From: Chrysomallon squamiferum
Taxonomy: Eukaryota; Animalia; Mollusca
Reading direction: 5' to 3'
Assembly: GCA_012295275.1 (NCBI GenBank)
Contig: CM022669.1
Span: 14,570,001 to 14,634,000, forward strand
Length of the DNA stretch: 64,000 nt
In this document: one piece after another, positions 23,967 through 37,300 of the stretch
How positions within the stretch are numbered: the stretch's first letter is position 1
How the letters are laid out: every line of letters begins with the position of its first letter
Made by a program: the position numbers and the translations under genes
Notes under the pieces: generated by a model
Database searches by the model: none
What the model saw: only the letters and a program-made list of their open reading frames with translations
What the model was told of the DNA's origin: nothing

Positions 23967-26905
23967 ATAATAATTTTAAAAAAAAGAAAAGATAAAAAAG
24001 ATAAAACAGTATTGATGTTGATAATCAGAATACATGTATGTTAAAAAAATAAATAAATAAAAGCTATAATAATATAAAATCACAAGTACTGTCTATACAA
24101 AACAAATTGTGATTCAATAACCTGAACAATTTTGTTGTAATTAACATCAAGTCAAATATGTAATTCTTAACCATTCAAAGCATATTTCATACAAAGGAGC
24201 TAAAGGACCTTCTTTGGATTTACATCTAAGTAAACTTACATACCAAATATCAGTTGGAAATTGATTTAAAATATTCCTCAACTGCAAGATTAATTATTAT
24301 TACTATTATTTCTATTATTATTATTGTTATGTCTAACATTAATATACCAAAAAATGTATTCATAATTTTCCTCTAACCCAAATGATTAATTATTATTATT
24401 ATTATTATTGTGTCCAACAGACTTAATAATTAGTATCTAACATAACAAATTTTTTGTAATTTTGTAATTCAACTGAAAAATATCCAATTTTGGTTCAAGA
24501 AATACATATTAAAACAAAAAGAGAAAGGTGAACACAATAACAATACGACTCTCATTGTTTTAAGATTTTTATTTTACATTGTAGTTGTTTTGTGTTAACA
24601 TCTTTCATTTCATCGAATGCTAAAGGCATGAATACACAGATGAATATTCAAACAGAATAGACAACAGAGGCAGTAAAGAATTTAAAAATTAGGTTCACTA
24701 AAGCCCGAGAAAAAAAGGTCAACAACCTGATTTTTGTTATTTAAAAATGAAGAAGGATTCATGGAGTTTATAATCACAACAACATGTGATGGCTTGTGAA
24801 ACCAGTACATCTGAACTAACTTTGATTAAAAAAAAAAAAAATGATGCAGAAATTTATTCACATTTGCTCAGTGAATTTGTAGACAAATGTTATTTGTGGA
24901 TACACATTTGTGGGAACAGCTAAAGAGCTGAAATTCTCTGCACCAGCTTATGTTGTACAATACAGAGCAAATTCATTGTCCTTGCAGTTTTTGTCTGCTT
25001 AAACAGAGTTGTGATGATAAAAATTTGAAGGCACGACAGTCAATCTCAATGAATTACACAGTCAATGGTCGTGTAAACCAGAATGATTCAAGATTAAAAA
25101 CAAACAAAAAATATCCTCAGTATTTTGATAAAATTTTCTTTCCTCTCATTTATGTTTTTGTTATTCCAAGTCTCTTCTAAAAATGAAAAATAAGATTAAT
25201 GTTTGGTTTGGTTTTTTTTTTTTCTTCCAACAGGACCTCATGTAGAGTGATGAATTTGTGCTTTCACTGTCAAACAGCGCCCATTAAAAAGAAAGATCTC
25301 AATTATTTACAACAGGTAAATTTCAGTTTAAATGTCACTCCATCTGATCGATAATCTAATTTATTTTCAGTTTATAAAATCCATTATTGTTTGTTTTTTT
25401 TGTTTTTTTTTCTGTAGAGTTAACAAAATATATTTGAGAATCTAACAAATAAAAAATTTCATTCACTTTTTATTTGTAAAATATCCACAAGTATTTTTTA
25501 GTTCCTTTTTTTTAATTCACATTAACCACTTATTTGAATAAAAAACATCTTTTTTTTTGTCCCGTTTTGTTCTTTTCTTTTAGTCTTTTTAAACATTCTA
25601 TTCAAAACTTGTAGGGGAATTAGCTTCTGAAATATGTTTTAATCATAATTCCACATTATCATTTTGCTATGTCAGTCTTGTTATGCTCTTGTGGATATGT
25701 TCTTTCTGTAAATTCCAAAATCCTGTGATAGCTTTAAAGACTTTCAACATCAATGTTTTGTCTTATTCAAGTTTTATAAACCATTGACAAACTGCCTCAT
25801 TCCTGTACAGTCATCACACTTTGATCAACGAAGCATCATGTCAACTTCTGTAACTCTATTCGCACCAGTTCTGACTTCATGTCTTAATATATAACAACTA
25901 AAAACATCTCTTGTTTAAAGAATGATCAAAGTCTCAGTGGTCTGTTAATGTGGCTATTTCTGCTTTAACGAATTGATCAGTTTCCGATCCATGACTAAAT
26001 ATACTACAACGAAAATATTTGTTTCTTGTCTCAAGTCACCAGATTTGTTGTCTTGATGACATCTGTCATTTGTTTCCAAAACTTCAGAGTTCTGAATTCC
26101 AAAGATGTACGAACTGGCTACACACTAAAACACTAACAAAAAAAAAAAAAAAAAAAAAAAAAAAAACAGTGTCTGGAAGTAAAATACAATTTAAACACAA
26201 AAGAGACAATGCTGATAAAATGAGAATTATTCACACTGTTTTTTTTTTTTTTTTTTTTTTTTTTATAAAAACAGAATTCTCTTACTTTTGATTATCAAAA
26301 TTAATGCTTAGGTAGAAATGATGTCTTTGGTAAAGTTGTTTACCAGACAGTATCAAGATGCCAGCTCAGATCAGATGTCACATTTTTGAAATGTCTGGAA
26401 TATGTGATCTATTTAAGATGGGATGTTCGAGTTTCGTATATGCTGTGAAGATGACCTAAGATGATTTCTAAGTCTTTGAATTGTTTTCTTTAAGATTATC
26501 AATCTTTGGAATTTCCTCTGATAATAGTTCTTTCAGACAACTGTTCACAGTAAATAATAAAACCATTTAATGCCCAGGATCCTTCACTGATGAGTTGCAG
26601 ATGTCAGTTACTTCAAATTCTGATTCATTCAGAAACCCAAGATTTTCTTCATCTTAATGCCTAATCTTTTTTTTCATCCTGTATTTTTTTTTTTTTTTTT
26701 ATCATTCTGATGATATTCAGTAATAAAAGATTCCTCTGCATTTAGAAATTTTAAAAGCTGCTGGATTTTAAAAACAACAGAAACACACCATGTGCTTTCT
26801 CAACGTGTTTTCTGACGGAAATGTAAAAATCTGACGTATCTGAAGATATCCTATAACAAGACCCGTGACACAGTTTTCCATTCTTTGAGATAAAAAGTTT
26901 TTCTT

Positions 26906-28584
26906 TCAGTCACTGTCATCATCCACTGCAGGAGTTGGCTTTTTTCGTTTCTTGGCTTTTGGTTTCATCTCTTCATCCTGTGTAAGTAAAGTTTAGAAAT
27001 TTATTTGTATAACTTGTACTATAAGTTAAATTATGTTAATGCATAACCCAGCATATTCTACAGTGCTTGTCTGTTAAATGAAGTCCACCAACATATTGTC
27101 TGCCCTTACTAAATAGTTTTGAAAAATGATGACATAAAAAGAACCCTGCTTCACTATCAATCAGTCACTATAAACCTACTTCACTGCTATCATTCACTGT
27201 CATTAAAACCTACTTCACTGCTAACAATCAGTCCCTATAAACCTACCTCAGTGCTGACAATCACTGTCACTATAAACCGGCTTCACTGCTATGAATTACT
27301 GTCACCATAAAGCTACTTCACTGCTATCAGTCACTGTCACTATAAACCTACTTCACTGCTATCAGTCACTGTCACTGTAAACCTACCTCACAGCTGACAA
27401 TCACTGTCATTCTACACCTGCGTCACAACTAACAAAGATTCTGCCACTAAACACCTACCTCACAGCTAACAAAACAAGTCACTGTAATTCTCATTCACCG
27501 ACAGTCACAAATCACTGTCACTAGTAACCTACCTGACTGCTGTCAGTGTAAACATACCTCACTGCTGGGTGAGTCACTGTCACTATATTCCTGCGCTGGT
27601 TTGCGATTTTTCTGAGTCTTGGGACTTGTGTTCGAACCTTTCCTGCCTCCTCGAAGTTTCCGTGTCGTCTTCAAATCCTGGAACTCGATATCCTCTGCCA
27701 AAGCAAGAAGATCGCTGTACCTGAAAATAGAAATATTAAATGTTTGTTTCTGAGATGTAAAATGTTATAAACAATTTGGTAAAACAAATTCAATTTTACA
27801 AATAATAATAATAAGAAATGAATTAAAAATAATTTTAATATATATATATATATACAAATAAAAAAAATAAATACATAAATAAAAAAAATAAAAAAATGAA
27901 ATAAAATGAAATAAGATATATAAATAAATAAAAAAATAACTAAATAAATAAATAAAAATAAATAAATAAATAATATCAATCAATAAATAAATACACTAAA
28001 ATAGTAATAAAAGATCATAATAACTCTAAAACAAAGACTGACTATATGGCTGGTTGATTTTCTAAAATCAAAGGACAGAAACATCACATTACAGCTGTTA
28101 CATATTTAGTGAAACTGAATAATTTATGTTTGCTGAATGTCTGTGAAAGCCATAAAATCTCTAATTGCACTGAATATACCACCTTCTTCAACAACATTTA
28201 TTAGTATTATGATGATAATTATTATTATTATTATTATTGTTTTATTGCTGTTTTATTATTATTTTAATGACTATTTAGTGTTTTTTTAATGAGTATTATT
28301 ATTATTATTATTATTATTATATTACAGTAATACTTACTTTGTTTTCTGAACTTCACTTGCTGTCATTTGAACTTGTTGCAAGGCCAGCTGAACATTCTCA
28401 TGATTTAAAACTGAAATGAAACGTAGAGAATTAATACACACGTCAATGAAAGACAAAGATCTAATTTTATTACAGAATTTCATTTTACATCCTATTATTT
28501 AAAAATCCATAAAAAAACCCATCAAATAATAATAATAATAATGATAAGATGATGATGATGATGACAATAATAATTAATAATAAC

Positions 28585-28643
<59 letters not shown>

Positions 28644-29391
28644 TAATAATGATGATGTTGATGTTATTGTCAATAATAATAATAATAAAAAAAAAGAAAA
28701 AAAAGATACAATAATAAATTTAATCTTTTTTTGAATTAAAAGTTTCAACATTTAGTTTTTTTAACAGTAAATATAACCAGAATAACCTTTAAGAGTTTTT
28801 AAAAGTTAAGATTCTGAATATTAACTGATCTGAGATATCGACAGAGAGATAATTAAATTAACTGTATTACATGATATATTACGACATGTTTGTCTCATGT
28901 GATCCAGATGAGCCAGAACTTGATCCACGCTGGGATTCTCTTTCTTAGATCCAGTCCTGTAAACAACAAAATAACACAACAAAAATCACTACAACAGTAA
29001 CACTAACAACAAAAACAACAACATTAACAATGATGATAATAACAAGAAGAATGCAAGGGGATAATTTCTGACACTGTCACTACCTGTGTTAGTTATTTTA
29101 CCTTTCTTAGCCAATTTCAAAATAAAAACATACATGGTTTTATCCATATAATACGAGAAATACAGTCATGATTGGTTTATATCATGAATCTATATCGTTA
29201 TTTTTTAAACTAAAAGTTATGAAAATAAAATAGAAAAAACAAAAATTTAGAAATTTGATACAGCAGTTATTTTGATTTAAAATTAAAAACAACCAAATTT
29301 AAAAAACAACACAACCTCAGTCTAAAAAATTTAATAATAATATTTATATGAAAAACTAAAGCCTAAATTGTCATTTGAAAAAATGTTAGTA

Positions 29392-29454
<63 letters not shown>

Positions 29455-30149
29455 CATGTTAATAATACAAACCTCTCTGACAAATCCTTTCAGTATCTAA
29501 GAAAATGGTTTGAAGAAAACTACACGCATTAATAATACTCCCCTACCAGTCATCTCAAGTTCTTAAAAATATGTTAACATACCAATAATATATCTATTAA
29601 AAAAAAATTAAAAAAAGAAATCCAATCACCTAACAAAATATTTTTTAAAAATAACATTTTAATTAAAAAAAACCCAAAAACCCCCACCCAAAACCCCTGT
29701 TGTTGTAATAAAATATTTTGAAAATAATGATAACATATTACTAAAAAGAAAAAAAGTAAAAAAAAAGAAAGAAAAAAACCCCCACCTATCTGATAAAAAT
29801 ATTTCTACAATACCACATAGCAAAAAAAAAAAAAAAAAAATTATAAAAAATATATTCATGAACGTTATTTCCTGAGTAATAAAACAAAGATCTGTATCAT
29901 ACCTTTGTCTTTTCTTTGGTGTTCCTCCATTCAGCTTGGTCAGCTGCTGGTAGATGAACTCTGCGAGTCTGTCTTCGTGTTCCTGCGCCCAGTATTTCAG
30001 AATGGACACAGCAAAATAATCAGATTTCTTACATTCTCGAACCAAAATTGGTCGAACCAGATCAGGCGCTGGGCTGTAAAAATAATGAAGATTGTTTTAT
30101 GTTTAAATATAAAATACAAAACAGAAACAATACTGAATAGATAAATAGA

Positions 30150-30204
<55 letters not shown>

Positions 30205-33200
30205 AAAGTTAAATAATTATTTTGCAAAAGTCTTATTCAGAAAGATATGGACTTTCTAATTTTGAAATAAAAATCTTTAAATTCTAAATGAAAAAAAAAA
30301 AAAAAAAAAAAAATGAAAAATGAAAAAAAAAAAAAAAAATGATGAATGAAACAAAGTATAAAAATTAAAACGATTAAGAGATTCAAAGTCCTGAAGATAA
30401 AACACAACTTTAATTTAACAAAAGTATAGAATTTTAATTTAATGAAAATACTCCATAATATTCAGTGTAATAGCTGCACACACCTTTCTTGTTTCAATAA
30501 CACCAATATACTTGTCATTGCTTCTGCATGAGCTGTCAAAAAGAAAAAGAAAATATTAAAAACATCTAATCATTCTTAAATACAGCAGAAACTAGTAACG
30601 ATCTCGTTATATTACACATTATAAGACCTTATATTATTACAATGTAGTTGTTTAAAGATTATTTATTTATTTATTAAAATTAATTGTTTATCACTGGCTT
30701 ATTTAAAAATTGTAAAAAAAAAATAATTTTTAACAAATTAATTTATTCTACAGGGTAGCAGTAAATATGTTGACATTTTTAAATGGTGATGTGTAAAGTT
30801 ACATGTGTATTCAAGTTTTGGCAGGATTGGTAAAATGTGCTCCACTGGGATGTTGTGGGCTGCGATGAGCTGCCACAGAAAATACTGTTCTATTGTCTCC
30901 CAGTCCAAACTTTCATCTGAAAATAATATCAACAATAAATAAAGACATAAATAACTACAGTACAATGACAACAAAACAACAATAGCAATAATAGTAATGG
31001 AATAACAATAATAAAATCAATAACAGTAATTGGAGGATAATAATAATTATAATAATAGTAGTAATAGTAATAATATAACAATAATAGTAATAGTAATAGT
31101 AACAGTAACGGTAAAAAAAATGATACCAATAACCGAAAGAGAATGATAGCAATAAAAATCACGACAACAACAAAAATAAAATAAAACAATAAAACAAAGT
31201 TTTTTTTCACACATCTTAATACTGCTATATAAACCCTTTATCAAATATTTACAATTTGAAACGAATTTAATAATTACAAAATAGTTATTTAATGAATAAT
31301 TAACAATATAAAACTATATTAATACATTAGTTTGTTATAATTTTAAAATAGTTAAACCTTAATTAAGCAAATTAATGTGATCAAAAAGCTTTAGATGCAA
31401 TGTTGATTGAAAATTGAATAACCCAGCAAAATGAAATTTAGGATTCATTAAAAAAATAAAAATAATAGTAATAATTAAAAAATAGAGAAGAAATCTGACA
31501 TCACATAAAGATAGATAACTCTGTATAACTTACTGAGAACTGAGAGAAATGTTTCTTTGTTTTTGAACATTGTCAAGTGACCTTGTAAAATCTGACAGAT
31601 TAATTCTTGTAGCTGAAAAAAATATCAATAAACATTTTTTTGAATTGGTAAAAAATAAAAACAATGATTATTAATGAAGATTATCAGCAATCAAAAAACT
31701 ATTTAAAAAAAAATTAAATATGTTAAAGAAGAAAGTACATGGTACTTCATTTTCAAAGTATAAATTTCAAATCTCTGTATTATATCTGTATATTTTATGA
31801 AGATTTTTTTCCCCAACAATCAATTTTATTTTTCAAGATTTGAAAACACAAAACAATGAAATAATGACATTATACAAACAGCAAGGTGCAAAAAATGCAT
31901 GTTAATAATATGTTGGTTGTGTTATACGCTTACCTGGGTTCCATCAATACAAGACACAATCATTTCTATTAGTTTTGCATTTCCAATGGCAATGCCTGGA
32001 AACTGAAATAACAAAAACAAAATATATTAACAAAACAAACACATTTTATACTTTAATTCTGCCTGATATCTAAGTTTGCATATAACTGTAAGATTCTATA
32101 AATGTCAAATGAATTTTAACTTCAGAAATTTCTTAAGTAAACTGAGCCATAAACAAGTTTTAGAATAGGAACAAATATAAAATCTATTATGTCAATACAC
32201 ACACTCACATGGACACCTACATACTCACACACTCACATGCATGCACACACACATGCACACACACACACATATACATACAAAGACACATTATTATTTTACT
32301 TACATGGGTGTAAATGTCAGGAATCAGATAAGTAAACAATCTGACATCATCTTCTTGACATAACTAATAATAAATAATTAAAAAAATTAAAAATAAAACT
32401 TTTTAAATATAATAACAAACAAATTATTATTATTTTAGTTTAAATAGACACTGTAAGTGGGTTACCACAATGTGTCAATATACATTTCAATCCAGTTATT
32501 ATAGAAGGCAAATTATTTGCATTTAAAATCTGAAAATAAATTTAATGATGCAATGTTTTTACTTAATAAACAAAAAAGAGAAAAAATAAACAATTTTTTC
32601 AATCCAAAAAAAATAAAATAATAAAAATAAAGGAATTTGAGTAAAATAAAAATAGTTTAACTGATATTTATGTTTAATATTTAAATTCTTAATCAATAAT
32701 AATTTGAAATAATCTAATTTTTATTTTTAAAACATAAATAAGAAATGAAAAAGAGAAAAAAGAGAAACATACTTTTAAATCTTCAAGTAAGCAGGTTTCT
32801 AAATCTTTGTTCTCCATACTCTTACAGAAGTCTTTGTAGGTGGCCATTTTTTCTTCATTCATTTTGCTGAGAATAAACCAAAATAAAACATGTTTATTAA
32901 CAACCACATTATTAAACTGATGATAAGGAATAAACCAAATGATTTTGTTTATTTTATTCCTTTAAAAACCAGTATAAAATATTTTCTAAATTATGGTAAC
33001 TGAACTGCTTACAGTTTGGCTTAAAATTTGTTAATAAAAATATGAATGAAAAAAAAAAAAAAAAAAATCTTGTATGATATTAAATTAAAATATAATAACA
33101 TATTTAATAAATTATAGAAGAATGAAAATATAAATTTTATACAGAATCTTTTAATTCTCAAAAACTGTGCAGAAATTTAATTTACTTTTACTTGATTATT

Positions 33201-34267
33201 TTATTTATTATTTATAACAACATCATTTTAAAAATTAAACAGACAGGATTTTTTCAATTATAAATATTTAACTAGCAGATTTCGAAAAATTAATTAAATG
33301 ATTAAAAAAAATATATCTGTTCAAAATGGTAATATTCCAGTTGTTTAAAAATTATATATTTTTTTAAATAAAACATTTCAAAACTGACTGAAGTACCTGA
33401 CTTTGAGAAAGTATATCAAGTGATAACCGATCTTTGGTTGTTTAGAATGCATTTCTGCAAGTAACAACAGCAATGGCTGCCTCCTCGGGTCTTCTTCCGA
33501 CATCTGACTCAAAAACCTAAACACACAATAATTTTAGGAAACATTTACACAAATATGTCAAGATTTTAAAACAAAAAAACACTTTAAATATAAAACAAAA
33601 AAAAAAAAGAAGATAAAAAGAACAGATTAAACATGCACTTGATTTGAATACAACAGCAAGTACATTTTTAAACCTTATTTTGTCAATTCTTGCACTTTTT
33701 TCGATATTTGTATTGGTGAAAATTGGTGTATTCAATATTTTGGAGGCGACATCAAAAATGTTCACTGATCTCAGAGGAAAAGGTGCACATTATGTTGAAC
33801 CATCTCACATAAAACTATAAATAATGCTATTAATAAATAAAAATAAACATGGAAGTATATTTAAAAACAGCTAATGAGGAATTGTTTTAGCTAATCACCA
33901 ACATTTCAAAAACAGTACTTATATAATATTTAGCTATTGTTTTCAAAAGGAATAAAATAGTTTAATAATTTCTATGGCACCATAATGACAGTTTTAATTG
34001 AGAAACACACATAATAAACCCATGAAAATGAGTTTCAAGTGAATTTAACATTCAGATGTATTTTATACGAGACAGGATCATAAGTATGTGAAAGTAACTT
34101 ACCTAAACATCACATACAGTGGGTGTCCAATGGAATCTTCAATACTCCTGAAAATAACAAAATTATCATTATATTCAAAATGTATAGCAGAGATTTTGTT
34201 ATATTCCTGCTCATAATTTTCTTGTCAGCAATTACTATCATGAATTATTGTCTGAAAAAAAAAAAAA

Positions 34268-34335
<68 letters not shown>

Positions 34336-37300
34336 GAAGAAGAGAAGAAGAAGAAGAAGAAGAAGAAGAAATAAAATTTTAAAAATATTAATATTAATAA
34401 AAATAAAAAAAAAAAAAATGTATATAGGAATTCATCTCATAAAGTAAATCCACCAATAAGAAAATATGACTATTCAAATTAGAAAACAAAATATTTAAAA
34501 TAATGACCATCAAATATTATTAATTTATTCCTTATCTGTGTGTCAGAAATATAAATTCTCTAAAATTATTTTAAAAAACCAAACAAAACATATAAATAAA
34601 TTCAATAAAAAAAAGAAAAAAAAAAAAAAAAAAGAAATGATGTAAAAAAAATTAAAAAAAGAAATTCAATTCAGAATTTACCTTTGCAAAAGATAAATCA
34701 AATAAATATTATTTTATATACAAATATGTTACCTGAATACACTGTTACCACTGTTAAAATGATTTGAACTGTAAAATAATATTAAACAGACTAAACAACA
34801 ACACTGTAACATCAAATTCTTACTCATCATCCACTTCTTCTGGTAGCAGAGTTCCATTCAGCTGGTTCACTAAAATCTGGCACAGACAGGTAGCCAGGGG
34901 TGCAGCAATATCTGTGTCAAACTCCTCCTGTAAAAAAAAATATAAAATAATAATAATCACTAATTAATCTGAAACAGACAGACAGTTAGGGGTGTAGCAA
35001 TATCTGTATCAAATTCCTCCTGTAAAACAAAATAAAAAATAATAATAATAAATCTGACACAGACAGACAGTTAGGGGTGCAGCAATATCTGTGTCAAATT
35101 CCTCCTGTAAAAAACAAAATAAATTAAATTTAAAAAATGATAATAATCACTAATAAATCTGACATAGGCAGCCAGTTAGGGGTGTAGCAATATCTGTAAC
35201 AAATTCCTCCAATATAAATAAAGGAAATGAAAAAATAATAATGACCAATAATCTGACACAGATAAACATTTAGGGGTGTAGCAATATCTGTATCAAATTC
35301 TTCCTGTATAAAATAATAGTAAGGATAGAATTGTGTGTTTAAAGTTTTAAAAGAAAAACCCAATCTATTAAATATACAATTCCCCCGACACTTACGGAAT
35401 CTTCCAAAATTACAGCTTCCTTACAAAACCTAAAGTTTCAGTGTTAAGACGTTGCTATGTTATCTGTTATCATGTTTGCTATTTTTAATTTTACCTCTTG
35501 TATCACAGCCTGCATGAGTCTGTCTATGGTCTCACACTGCAGTTCCTGATCCCTGAAATTTAAACAATTAAAAAAACTTAAATAAAACTTAAAATTAATT
35601 TATGACAAGTGACATTAATTTTCCGTCTTTGTTAATGTTCAGTATAAAATTACTTAAATATTTCTATTTGCTTTTCAACCAGCATTAATTGTCAGTAATG
35701 AAATATTTCATCAAGAATAATTTCTTAATCTGGGGAAGATAACTCTTGAAGTCACAAAATATATTTTCTCTTTAATGTTAAAAGATGGTAAGTATTTTCG
35801 TTATAATTTTTCACATTACAACAAAATGATTTACGTTTCAGACATGTTAAAATAAAATAATTTACATTTTGATCACAGTGTAACACATTATAATGAAGTA
35901 ATATACATTTCAATCACTAAAGTCAAGCTCTGATGAAATATTTCTTATTTCAGTTTTACTTTAATGCATTACAACAAATTTATTTATATTTGAAACACAA
36001 CATAACAATTTTAATAAAGTAATTTACATTTCATCACAATGTAACACATTAAAATAAAGTAATTTACATTTCAGTCACAGAGTAACACATTATACTGACT
36101 TTATTTAAATTTCAATCACAAAGTAACACATCATTACAAGTAATTTAACACATCATAAGAAGGTAACTTACCTTTCGTTCTGTAGCTGCACTGTGAGGTT
36201 GTGAATGTCACCAGACAACTGTGACAGTTGTTCAGAAATGTCAACCTGCTCCTCCTTGGCTGGCTCCTCGATTGGCACAAACTCAATTTCTTGTTTAGAC
36301 TTCCCTGACATTACAGAAGACAAATAAAAAATGTTTTAGATAAATAAATAAATATGTCGGTCAATCAATCATTTACTTATGGTAACTTCTAATTTATTTC
36401 ACCTTTTTTTATTAAAAACAAAAAACCAACAAAAAAACCACCTTATTATTAGTAAACACTAACTGCCAGTTCTAAACAAAACTATCATTTAAATATATAT
36501 ATATATATATTTAGGCAATTCTTTATCTATGATCACAGAATATGAAAAAAACAAATGATCAGTAACAGATATCTTTGAAACATAATTTATTTTAAAAAGA
36601 ATCCATCGATATAAAATAGTTAACAAAAACCTAAACATAACTCTAATATTACTGTTTATTAAAGACACTGTAAACAAATAATATGAATAATACAAAATAA
36701 CGTAAAAAGGTTCTGGCATATGAAGAATACAAAAACCAATATATATATTCACGTAGCTAGCTATTTACCAAACACAGGCACATCTGTAGTTGTGGGTGAA
36801 TCTTCGTCTTCGTCGCTGAAGCGGGCGTCAGACATGTGCACGGGTAGAGGAGGGAGATGATTTTCTCCAATGTTGCTGCCATTGTCTATCTCCATCAGGT
36901 TCTTTTCAGCCATGTCCTCTTTTATCACAACTGAAGCACAGAAATATTAAACAACTTTTTAATAAAAGAATTTTAAAAAAAAAAAAAAAACCACATGTTA
37001 AAACATTCACACTTACATTTCTATTTACATTTGTGAGTGCATAAATACTGCTACAACAGTACACTGGATCTTACATTGCTCATCTTTATTTATTTTTGTT
37101 TGTGATGACAGGACATCTTCATTTATTATAGTGGGGTCTAAAAAGGGATTCGTTAGGACTTCAAAAAGTGGTCAGTTACTTCAAATAAGATAGTATCTAG
37201 ATGAAATACAATGTGTCCTTTGATATCAAAATATGTTACCAGCAGGAACGTTACAACCAACTTGATGCAGATATCGAGATCTGTGATAACTGATGTGACT

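Noticed and set aside
34986-35276. Recurrent TTAGGG as interstitial telomeric repeats
   Set aside because: Single hexamers within the exon-19-derived repeat unit, not tandem.
34960-35315. Exon-19 copies as a mutually exclusive exon cluster (Dscam-like)
   Set aside because: The copies include only the 5' half of the exon, lack their own consensus donors and run into stops.
35390-35495. Second GTAAGT donor 99 nt downstream of INTS3 exon 18
   Set aside because: The extension contains an in-frame TAA and looks like ordinary AT-rich intron; probably a chance match.
36931-37300. Possible intronic C/D snoRNA (TGATGA...CTGA)
   Set aside because: The boxes are on the strand opposite to INTS3, too far apart, and have no terminal stem.
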